The position numbers were made by a program, and so were the translations under genes. Shown here piece after piece: positions 13,151-23,610 of a stretch of DNA of 64,000 nt. The DNA comes from Marsupella aquatica (lineage: Eukaryota > Plantae > Marchantiophyta): positions 11,803,187-11,867,186 of the forward strand of contig OZ316898.1 in assembly GCA_973895155.1 (NCBI GenBank), in the 5' to 3' direction. Every line of letters starts with the position of its first letter. Within the stretch, counting starts at the first letter, position 1. A model generated the notes under the pieces. The model did not search any database and was not told the DNA's origin. It saw only the letters and a list, made by a program, of their open reading frames with translations.

Positions 13151-13514
13151 GTGGTTGCCCATGATGAACGTGTAGTTGGCAACACTAGGAATAGGACCTG
13201 ATGTACTCGTGCTTGAAGAGCCAGAAGTGCTAGCCTCTCCACTGTCCAAGCTGCTAGCATGCTGCTGATAAGGTGATGAGGCCTCTCCAAGGCCTGTTGT
13301 ATCTGTTGCTCTGGTCTGATCCACACCATGAAACTCAGAAATAATATCAGCCACGTTACAAGGGACCTCCTCCCCCCCAACACTTGGACTGAAGCGGTGA
13401 GTGTTGAATAGAGGTAAGTGCACTTGGTCTGGATGCCATGTAGTAGCACCATGGAGTGGTAGGGCTGGAACTCCTGATGCTGGATGAATGTACATCTGAA
13501 AAAGGATGCAAGTG

Positions 13515-14460
13515 ACCAGAAGCCAAGTGAGAGCATTAAGATCCATTACCCTGCCAAGTAAAGCATTCCTGGCCAGCTTGGTGATTTTGGTGTGGCATGT
13601 AGTACCGGGTTGGAAGCCCATAGCCCATTCTCTCTCCTCAGGACTAGGTTCATCCCATGTACCGGTAGAATGTCGGTAAACCAGGCCAGGACCATCACCC
13701 TGAAAAGCATGTGCACCTGGAAAGGACACAAATATAGGCCAAGCAGCACGGGGCTGTCCAATGGTATTGGCTGGATACCAAGGTGCTGGCTCTTGCCGTG
13801 TAACTGGTTGGCAAGAACTGTCAAGATCCAAAATCTGGTCCACTGTGAAGTTAGTGTCCCTGGATGTGTGGTGAAGAGCTAACTCCAACAAGGAAGGTGG
13901 TGCAAGGTTAGTCCAAAAGTTACGAAGACGATGTGCATAAGAACCACAGTGCACTGCATCAATGAGAAGGGGTGGTCCCAAGTAGTGCTGGACCACACTG
14001 AAATCCTCTTTGACCTGTGGTCGTTGGTCAAACTGAGATTGAGTATTCTCAATGATATAACCAATAGCAGGATAAAGGGATTGAGCCCAGGTGAGAATCT
14101 GAACCAATGCTGTGAAAAGGCCAGAACGAGAATCATGCAGTCCAGCACCGTGACCAGCAGCTGAAAACCCTTGGCATTCCCAACCAGCTATGATCAAATC
14201 AAGGGAGCCAAGAAGGGTTAAGTGCTGGTGCTAGACAAGCTGGATATCTGGAGGAAAGAAAGAAAATGCAGACTTCCATGCACTGTGTGGAAACTGTTGA
14301 GGAAATCGCTCTAAAAATTCCAGCAGACAGGATTCAGCCACTTGCCTTGCACCTGGATCAATATCCACATAGATGTACTGCTTCACCACCATGTCAGACT
14401 GTAGGAGAGCTTCCAGGCCTGTAGAAATGCCACCAAAAAGCTCAAGCAATGTAAGGCCAT
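13515..14460 (-). pseudogene. DNA (cytosine-5) methyltransferase domain, DNMT3-like, in frame within Pol (one TAG at 14231)
   Basis: Motif I LLELFGGIST, II YVDID, IV DLIIAGWECQGFSAAG..GLHDSRSGLF, VI YIIENT, VII LLIDA, VIII AHRLRNFWTNL, IX PEEREWAMGF..GTT, X RNALLGRVMD, all in linear order. Confidence 0.9.
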
Positions 14461-14689
14461 CCGGAGCAGGAGTCCATGTAACTGGTGCGCTCAAGATTGG
14501 GGCTATTGGCTGTCCATTGTGTTGCCCAAGGTCTTCAAACTTGCGCAATGCAGCCACCAAAGGTCCATGGGCTGCTTGGAGCCGTTGTACCACCTCTGGT
14601 TGATGATCCACGTTGCTGGAAAGTGCTGCTATACGTGTAGCAACATGTGCAGCAGCCACCTCATCGTCATCCTCCTCAATCCAATCTTA

Positions 14690-15200
14690 CAATGGGTGGT
14701 TGACATAGGTAGCTGTGTGCACTGCTTTCAACACACAGTGGTGAGCCATAGGTGTATGGGCACCATGCAAATCAAGTGGAATGTAGCCCAAGTGTGAGCC
14801 ATCAGTATGCCAATCAACTCTGTAGTATGCATGCTCATGCCAGTTGTCAATGGTAAAACCTGGTGGGGACAAAGCCTCCTGGCCAATGAGCACATCATAC
14901 ATAGTGGCATTGGTAACCAAACATCTAACTGGGAAATGCAGTTCCTAATCTGTACCTCCATTAAAAGTAGTGAGTAAAGTAGAATTCTCACCCAGCACAT
15001 CCTCCACAGTGCCACTAGCAATCCGAATGTGCCACTTGGATTGCTGTAAATGATCAGTCAACAGTCCCATCTTCTTGGCAAACTGAATGCCCAATATCAC
15101 TGGTTGAGCACCTATGTCTAGCATGACCACCTGAGGAGTGTGACCCTCCAACTTGACCACTGAATTCCTGTTGTCAACAATGGCAATGGTGGTGGAAATT
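14690..15200 (-). pseudogene. Retropepsin aspartic protease domain of Pol (stop at 14945)
   Basis: VMLDIGAQPVILG (DTG->DIG), IRIASG flap, YDVLIGQEAL C-terminal motif; same frame as MTase/RT. Confidence 0.8.
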
Positions 15201-16073
15201 GAAGTCCTGTCACTAGGCACCACTCTCGGCAAATGATGAGGTACCTTGTGAAGGGAGTTAGTGTCCACGGTCTTTCCACTCAACAACATAGCCAGGAAAG
15301 ATGGAGCAGCATGATCAGAATCAAGTGTAGCTCTGGTCACACAATCAGCAACAATCGGTATTGGGGCAGCCAAACCAGTGGAAACATGTAAAGGAGAAGA
15401 AGAAGGTCCAGTATGTACATGAGATTGGACCTCCAAAACCGGTGTCACAGGGGCTGATGAAGAATGCAGTGAACCCTCTAGCACCCTGAGGACAGCTCTA
15501 GCATCCAGCTGTAAATCATGGCAACTAAAAAGTGGAGTTGTAAGAATCCTTTGTGCCATACCGGAGGTGAAATGCTCAAGAAGCTCAGGAGAAACAACTC
15601 CCTGTGAAATGTCAACAGCACGTGGTGGTGGAATGGATGTAGCTGCAGCTCCCTCCCCCCTCGCCAACAAGGTGCACTCTTCAGCAAGTGTGAGTGGCTG
15701 AAAAGATTGGGGCATGACAGCCCGAGCTCCCCTGGCTCTAGTCATAGGATCGGTAGCAAGACCATCAGCCTGTACAATGCGGCGTGTGGGAGCAATACGG
15801 GAGGCAGCATTGGCCTGCTGGTAAGCAAAATAGGAAGGGCAGAATGAATCTGAAAATTCTGCTGTAAGGCCAGGCGGTGTACCAGAGGACAACACACACT
15901 CACCCATATGAGCATCAAATGGCAAGCCATAGAAAGAGTGGGGTAGAGGTGCTGAACTGTCAGTGGTGCCTGGGCCAGGGATGGGTGGCACGTGACCAGC
16001 CGGTTGAGAAGGACCAGCAGAGGAAGTTGACTTGCCTTTGATGTTGGCAAGTTGGGCACGTAGGGACTCAACC

Positions 16074-17282
16074 TCATGAGTCAGAGATTGGAGTTGAGTT
16101 GTCTGTGCGTTGTGAGCCTCCTTTCTGAGCTGGTTGCTTCTGTTGCTGCTTGGGCGGTTTGTTGGCACTGGGTGCTTTGCCACTGGAAGGAGGAGCAATT
16201 GATGCAGTAGGAGCCCTCCTAGCTAGTGGGGGAGTGGAAGTAGGAGCAGGAGGAGGGGCCTGCTATCGTAGCTGCTTCCTCTCTGGGAATTTGGCAAAAC
16301 AAACTGCCTCCAAGTGGCCCACTTTCCCGCAAAAATCACAAGACAGGTCCTTAGCAACAATATCACATTCATTAGCCTTGTGATTAGGATTGCCACAGTA
16401 GTTGCAAGATGGCAGCATGAAAGCAGCATGTGCTGGTTTGGTCTTGGAAGCATACTGTGGCACACGGGAAGGGGTGGTCATTGTAGGGGCAGCAGCCTGG
16501 TACCTGGATCGTGGTGGACGCGCAATATTGGCCTCATAATGTGCATGTGCCAACTCAAGTTTCTCAGCAGTGTCATAGACATTGAGCAAGGTGTAGCTGT
16601 CTCCAAACTCTGAGAATACTTGCTGCAACACTTGCGAATGGAGAGCTGGTGTGCCCTCCAATGCGCGAAGATAGCGATGAGCAGCTTCCAGGTCAGTGAT
16701 GCTCTGGGTGTCCTCCTTCAGCTTGAGAATCCGGCAATACATCATCTTCAATGTTTCATCGCGTTGCCTCACAAAGGTGGCCAACTGCATGATTTTGTCA
16801 ACACTCTTGATTGGGAATTCCAATTCAAGAACCTGAAAAAACTCAGCCACTGGATCAACAAAGGCAGGAGAATCAATGGTGGGAGAAATGCCTGATGTAG
16901 CCTGTGCCAAGACAATGGGAGTAACTGGCGCCGTGGTAGGAACTGGAGTAGGAGGGGAAGTGGCAGGAGCAGCAGCATGGGCTGCAATGGCATTCTGTAA
17001 GGCCAATTGTGATGCTGCCGCAATTGCACTGGCATAGGCAGGGTTAGGCAATTGTGTGACAGCAAGCAGCCGTTGAGAGTGCTGCTCATACACATCCAAA
17101 GCCTCATGGTGCACATACCTGGCTAGCTGCTTAAATGCAAAAGCATTTGTGAAATTGCTGCCGTACTTCAACTCCAATTTGTAAATGACAGTGTAGAAAG
17201 TGGATTTGAACTCACGTAAAGAGACAGTGCCTGGCCGCCCGCTGAAGCGCTCAATGCGGCCAGATGAGTGGCTGGCGTCCAT
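16074..17282 (-). pseudogene. gag: Gag-like ORF with two zinc knuckles; premature TAG at 16263; true start uncertain
   Basis: IERFSGRPG capsid-like start and RQRDETLKMM major-homology-like motif. CCHC knuckles CNYCGNPNHKANEC and CDFCGKVGHLEAVC. The frame reads on past the TAG to TGA at 16074. Confidence 0.8.
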
Positions 17283-18139
17283 GCTGTATGTCGGTGAAGC
17301 AGGAACAACCACGGATGCAGAAGGGGTAAATGGCAATGAAGGGATAGCAGGCTTTGGAGCAGTGGTGAAGCGACCGCCAAATTGAGCAGAAGGATTGCGT
17401 GGTGTACGTGGGTGCTACTGCTGTCTGCTGGCATCGTCAAAATTGCCGAGACTCCAATGAAATTGGCACCAATGGTCGTGGATCACTCCGCAAGTGGTAC
17501 CTGGGTGTCGGTGGCGATGTGCTGCTACCTCTTGGCTCGTTGGCTGACATGCTGCATGCTCACCTGGGTGCCAATGGGAAAGAAACTGATAAGAAAAAGA
17601 AATGGCAGCCCCAAGGCTAGGAAATAAAACCCACAAAGGAAACAAACGGTGCGAGGCAGAAATGTGTCGAATGTGTAAACACACAGAAAAACCATCGGCA
17701 AAGAAAAGACCCTTAAAAAACTCCAATTGTACTGGTGTTGTGCTTGCTGGATTGACTGTCTGATGAATATGCCGGGCCCTCAGCTTTATGCAGATGACAC
17801 GTGGCGGCAGCAAAGAAATCCGGAAAAATGGGCCCTTAAAAACGTAAACCGGGGCCCCCCTTAAGTGTATACATCGGCCCTTTCAAATGTATAAACATGG
17901 GGCCTGGTTAAGTGTATACATCGGCCCCCATGTGGACCCGGGAAGTAGCAAGCAAGACGGAAAAGAGACCGGGCGCGCGTCGGCAGCAAAATGGTCGTAG
18001 TGGGGACCGGCCGCGGTGCCCTATGTACATGACCTCATGGGAGTCGAAAGACCCTCGCGCAGCGGACAAGCGACCACGGAGGAACGGGGGAAAAGACGGG
18101 ACCCAAGGCGAGGCGAGAGAAAAGAAAAACGACCTTAAT

Positions 18140-18680
18140 TGCTCCAGCCCTGCATAGGGCTTCGTGCCATACGCCCTCCTTATTAGTCCTTATGAGCTCC
18201 CGAAAAGGGAGGCTACGAGCTCCCCCTCAATCCACTCCTTAAATGCTGTCGTGCCTGGCAGAGTGGCAGAAGGACTCCAGGGAAAGGAGTCGAATGTAAC
18301 TCCCCCCCCTTTAATTCTCCATAGGGCCTCGTGCCCTCCTAGCTTGCGCTTCAACTCCCCCCTCCTTGCTGTCGCTTATGCTTGGTTGCCTCTCCCCCTG
18401 CGTTAATGCTACTTAGGGCCTCGTGCCCTCTCCTGGCATCTCGCTCCCCCTTTAATGCTGCTGAAAGTGGGCTCTGTGCCCCGCAGGACGACTCCCGAGA
18501 GAGGGAGTGGAATGTACTCCCTGCACTCGTGCTTTGGCTCCCCCTCCCCCTTTAATGCAGCATAGGGCTTCGCGCCCCCCCTTTCGCTTCCCCCTTCCCT
18601 TGTTAATTCTTCAGAGGCCTCTGTGCCTTCTCCTCTCGGCTCCCGGCTTGTACTCGCTGCCTCGAAAGAGTCATTAAAAC
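18140..18680. repeat. Degenerate tandem repeats in the element 5' leader
   Basis: Recurring catagggc(t/c)tcg(t/c)gcc and ccccctttaat motifs at ~18152, 18320, 18414, 18560. Confidence 0.65.
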
Positions 18681-19124
18681 GTAAGGCGAAAGGTGAAGGG
18701 AAAGAAAATGAGGGGAAGAAACGGGCGTGCGGCCCTATGCACTCGGGAAGTATTCGCGAGGTGGTCGAGGCAGCGAGTAGGTGGTCGCGCTGCGGCCGAG
18801 GCAGGATGGCAGCCGTGGCCGGCAAAAGAAACACCAAAAAAAATGGCCCGAAAAAGGTCGTGGCAGGTGCTGAAGCAGCAGTTGGCAGCGGCTGGAAATG
18901 AAAAACCGTGAAAGCAAAGCGCAAAGGAAAAGAGGGAGGGGGGGGCCTGTTTGACTTAAGTGTATATACTTAAGTGTATACACAAAAGCCATAACTTCCA
19001 CCCCATCGCTCAACATTTTTCCATAGAAATTGCACCGGCATCAGCGGAAAAGCGTCAACTGTCTCGAGCAATTGAGAAGCACAACGTCTCCGATCTTCTT
19101 CCCTTCACCGCTAACCCGGCGACA

Positions 19125-19139
19125 CAGTTCTTCTTGAAT
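19125..19139 (-). other. Putative self-priming primer-binding site
   Basis: Lies directly 3' of A1 with a 2-nt overlap; perfect 15-nt reverse complement of 9748-9762 (attcaagaagaactg); no TGG tRNA-type start. Confidence 0.65.
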
Positions 19140-19227
19140 AAAAGGCGTAAGAGAAACAATTGTACTGAAATCGAATCGAAAACCGGCAGGATGCCAAGAT
19201 CGGCCGGGAGCATCTAACGAATCACTA
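19138..19227 (-). repeat. Repeat block A1 (5' end of element)
   Basis: ataaaaggcgtaagagaaacaattgtactg...catctaacgaatca matches 9605-9691. Confidence 0.95.
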
Positions 19228-19658
19228 TGTTGAGGACGATTAGGTTCGCGATGCAGAATTCGTTAAAATGCAGCTGGTTCCGTATCGGCGAGTTGTACAC
19301 TTGGCATCGACAAAGACTACGTCGCCACATGAAACGGCAACAGCTGACTCTACTGCTGTCATACATCCCCAACTGCGGATCCGCGAATGACGGCAAAGGG
19401 GTTGAAGATGGTTCTCGAGAAGTTTCGTCGAACTTGTCCTCTTCTCCACCCATTATGAACGATTCTTTGTAGACTGTAGTTGTATTGATCATTTCAAATA
19501 GTTCATTTTACAACAAGCCCTGGAGGGATTCCACTACGGAAGAGAACTCCCGAGTCCCGACCTTACGACGCGATCCGATCCGATCCGATTCGGACGACCG
19601 TAAGGATATTCATCCTTCCAAAGTTTCAAACAATTCTGTCCTTCTCTTCCGTGTCCGG

Positions 19659-20032
19659 AGCTCATATGCGGACGGGATTTCTACGAAGCTCGCTTTCCTT
19701 TGATAGACAGCTCAATAATACTTTACAGTAAGTAAGTAAGTAACAGAAGACGCTCTATGGGAAGAAGCTCGCATGCGGACGGGCTTTCGAAGAAGCTCAC
19801 GTTCCTCCGATAGACAGCTCAATACTTTACAGTAAGTAGGAGAAGACTCTCTATCGGAAGAAGTTCGAATGCGGACGGGCTTTCTGCGAAGCTCACTTTT
19901 CGCCGATCGACAGCTCAAATACTTTGGCAGTAAGTTAAGGGAAGACGCTCTAAGAGAAGAAGCTCGATCGCAGAGGGGGCTGTCTGGGAAGCTCACTTTT
20001 CGCTGAGAGACAGCTCAAACCTGTACAGTAAA
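19659..20032. repeat. ~97-107-bp tandem repeat, ~3.7 copies
   Basis: atgcggacggg..gaagctc..gacagctcaa..cagtaagt at 19666, 19773, 19869 and degenerate ~19967. Confidence 0.85.
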
Positions 20033-22399
20033 GTAGTACCTTAACAAAACCTGTAATAATGGGCAGTAGTTATACAGACTTGTACAGTCCGTTCATGATT
20101 CCAGAGTTTTTATGTCATTCCAGGTCACTCTTAGATGGGGTGTGGATGGAGGACTTTATCGATGCACCAAGGCAGTAAGTCCTCAACGGGAGGTCAATTG
20201 TGGGGAATTTTATGCCTTGAAACTTTCAACTTATCACACCACTGTAACTTTACAGCACCAATGAGGAGATCTGGTCGTGGAACTTGAGGCCTCGCTGTGA
20301 AATGCAGTCTCCGTGACGGAGCGGATATTGTCAGACTTTGAACGGTAGATCAACGAGCATGGAGGCAGAAGGAAATCCCGGTCAGAAACGTGTAATGATT
20401 GGCTCATTTTATACCCGCGACCTGTCAGTACTTCTGCCCTGTTCTAGAATTTTCGAAAGGATACACAATGCCTTTAGCAGAATCTGCAGATTTCTCAGAT
20501 CCTTTACAGCAATCAACTCTACTCCAACGGGTGCTTTATCAACCTGAGGGAGGGGAGGAGCGCATACGGACTGGAAACATTTGGGCAAAACTGTTACTTA
20601 GGAAGTTGTGGGATAATGATTGCGTTTCCCATATCGCTCAGGCCCATGTAATTCCTAATTCCTGGCTGTACTTTGACTGTCGAGGCCAGATGAGATTGTC
20701 CATCAAAATGTGACAATGTCATTGCATACCACGATGAAGGCAATGATTTTGTTAACCCACTTACTTTGTTTACTTCAGCTGTGAGTGTGATATCATGGGG
20801 AAACAGATTGTACGTAGCATCAACAATTTTAGAGCTATACTATAGTAGGACAGAGTCATTTAGGGGGAAATGTCACTAAATATGACATATAATAAGGGAT
20901 CTCGTCTTTTTTTGTCTTTCGCCCAAATACAAAAAGGCTTCTAGGCAAGAAAGATCCACAGCCGTTGGATTCGATTAGCTGTTTTCCCTGACCATTGATG
21001 AAGGAAATGGGCACCCCTGGCACATATGTGCTTCCCACTGCCCCATAATGCCCTGGCTCAACTCCCTATGGGCTGGCCTTCCTTGCACCGTGCAATGCGC
21101 AGGCATAGGGCTCATATGACATATTTCCTTCCAAAATAGCAATCAATCTTGGTTTGGTTCCTACATGAACTTGAGGTGAGAGAAGGCATTGTAGAGTAGG
21201 TTTGGATATTGAGGTTCAAGTTCACCATGTCCTCGAGATCCCAATTGAATAGTGTGGAGACGGTTACAAGAGTTGAGACTCTGCTAGTCCCAGCTTTTGG
21301 GACAGGCTTCAAGACAAATTAACTAATTGGGTCATGTAGATCTCCTAGATGCAAGGCATTTAGCCAGTGACAAATAGAATTGGAAAAACTTGGCAACACC
21401 CGGTAGAGGGACTGATCTGAACGAATAGTGAGTGTCAACTAGTCTTGGAACTTGACTACCGTACCACTTAGTTTTGACATCAATGACTCCAACGCCGAGC
21501 TCCTCTATTGTCTAGGCCCTTGGGACGACCATCTGATGGAAACTATGTATTCGAAGACTTGTGGGCAAGGAGACGTTACACTAGCAAGCGCAATGCGTTG
21601 ACCTAGTGGCGCACACTAAAGATTCAGACTGGCGTTAGGAGTTGGTTGGGTCATGGGAAGGGCCAAGCTTAGGGCGGACCGTCCGGACCATTTGATGGGC
21701 TTAGAGTTCTGAGAGCTTGAGTGAGAGCTCGTCTTGGGCCCAAGGCCAAAAACATTTAGTTCATACACAACGGACGTTTGACGCATGAGATTTGGCGGGG
21801 CTTGGGTGTAGCCATCTAGGACCCATGATTGAAGATAAGTTTTGAGGTCCCAACCATGTGCACCGCGTCAGCCCAATCATAGCGGGCTAAGGCACTTCAC
21901 CTATGGACGTGTAACTAGAAAGTTATGGGCTAAACAAGTTAATTTCATGTCCAGTCGATTGGGTTGGAGTCCAGGTAGAGGGCCAAAATAATAGGGAACC
22001 AAAGTGGGTCTGGGGGTGTCAGGTCTCCAGAAGCATATATGAGAGGATTGGTGTCTCCTAGTGGGTCAAGGGCGAGCCCAAGTTGCGAAGCACGACGATT
22101 ACGCTACTAAGGGGAAACGTCGATTGAATGGAAACAACAATATCTCCTAAACGAGAAGTCCATTGGAGTACTTCTTGGGTGCATTGGAAGCCACAACCAA
22201 ATGGCTTCCTTGAGAATTACAAACTGTCTTTTGTTAGATTATGCCCATTTAGATTCAAGCTCTTGTTGAAACCTATCTTAACATCAACCTCTGACTTGAA
22301 AAATCAATCTGACTTGTATTATTGTAGAGGGTGACTTGTCCACTAGCATGGAGTGGATGCGTTGGATATAACTCTATGCAACATACAAAACAAGGATCA

Positions 22400-23400
22400 A
22401 GTCTTTGGAGGCCAGGAGTTGTGGTTGTATTTGCAAGAGATGTTTTTTGACAAGTCTCTCTTGTGAAGGCAAAGGTGAGTTTTCCAAATATTGTGAAATA
22501 GTGTTGAAGAAGTCATATATCCAGACTAGTATACAAATTTACAAGCTAACTAAAAATATGCAAGCAGGGAACTAATGTACCTCATGAACTTGATCATCTA
22601 ACATTTGTAGAGTGGGCTACTACAATTGGGCAACAACAAGCTCCAAAAAGAGGGGGGGGGGGGGCTTCAAATAATCTTATTAAGTGTCTGGAGTCTATGA
22701 TGGCGGAGGGTGATGTGGGATCTTTAGTTCAGGCAATCTACCTATCTCTTGCTAATGTGGACGATAAATTTTTAAGCAAGAGAATTATCTTGGTGCTGAG
22801 AAACGATGAGGCTCCAAAAATTAACAATTGTATCTTACAAGGATTCCCATAGGGAGTCAAAAGAGTTTTTCAGCGTTGATTGTTCGGATCAGCTGAAAGG
22901 GGAGAAATTTACCCTATCGAGTTCTTGATTACACACACCAAGTGATTTGCCGCTTTACAGTTGGTCCTCAACATTAGATGCCCTATGATTTTACTTACTT
23001 AGGAAATATAGATCACTTGCTTGGATTAAGTAAAGGTACTCCACATACTCAATGTGAGAGCCATGAATTGATGTGTCATTGAGGCAGTCACCAGTTCTTG
23101 CAAACAACAGGTTGAAATTGTTATATTATCCAACGGATTCCGTTGACGTCTAATCAATCATTTACTTTTTATTACAAAGGGTCCAATCTCCTATCTGAGT
23201 GGCATGCGCAATGACCATATTAAACAAGGCTCAAAAGCAGACTTTAGAACATGTAGGGTTGCAACTCTCAAATCCAACCTATTTTGGTCAAGGCATTCAT
23301 TATAAATAGCAACATCTCCTACAACAATTGAGGTTTTACTTCCGGATGGAGGGTCATTCAAGGTTGACAAAAAATGTTATATATGATGAGGTTCTTTATT
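22400..23400 (+). pseudogene. Degraded Helitron/PIF1-type helicase C-terminal fragment
   Basis: Frameshifted remnants of RIILVLRNDE..INNCIL (ERAILAPRN), CPMILL-RNID..GLSKGT, SPI*VACAMT-NKAQKQTLEHVGL (FAMTINKAQGQT) and KNVIYDEVL. Confidence 0.75.
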
Positions 23401-23449
23401 GATCATGAATAAAGGTTGCATCACTTTGGTGTAAATCTCTTTGACTTAT

Positions 23450-23610
23450 CCCCTCGACATATTTGCCTTGCCTGAACATCTTTGCCCCGACTTGAAATGG
23501 TTGCCTTGCCTCAACATCTTTGTCCCAAGTTGAAATCTTTGCCCTGACTTGACATCTTTGCCCTGACTTGACATCTTTGCCTAGCCTCAACTTCTTGGCC
23601 TCGCCTCCAC
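23450..23610. repeat. 20-bp minisatellite (gacatctttgccctgactt), ~8 copies
   Basis: Directly visible periodicity. Confidence 0.85.

Larger units (their letters stand above)
9426..19227 (-). mobile_element. Ty3/Gypsy-type retrotransposon carrying a C5 DNA methyltransferase and a PHD finger, with split terminal direct repeats (defective copy)
   Basis: Order Gag(2x CCHC)-PR-MTase-RT-RNaseH-IN-PHD. Terminal repeat blocks, a G7 polypurine tract and a candidate TSD TGTTG (9421-9425 / 19228-19232). Confidence 0.92.

Noticed and set aside
9427-19227. Classification as a DIRS/PAT/Ngaro element with DIRS-type adenine methyltransferase
   Set aside because: No tyrosine recombinase ORF; the integrase is DDE type, the RT is Gypsy-like and the MTase motifs are C5-cytosine type.
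19659-20032. CRISPR-like array
   Set aside because: Whole units are degenerate tandem copies with no unique spacers; eukaryotic context and no cas genes.
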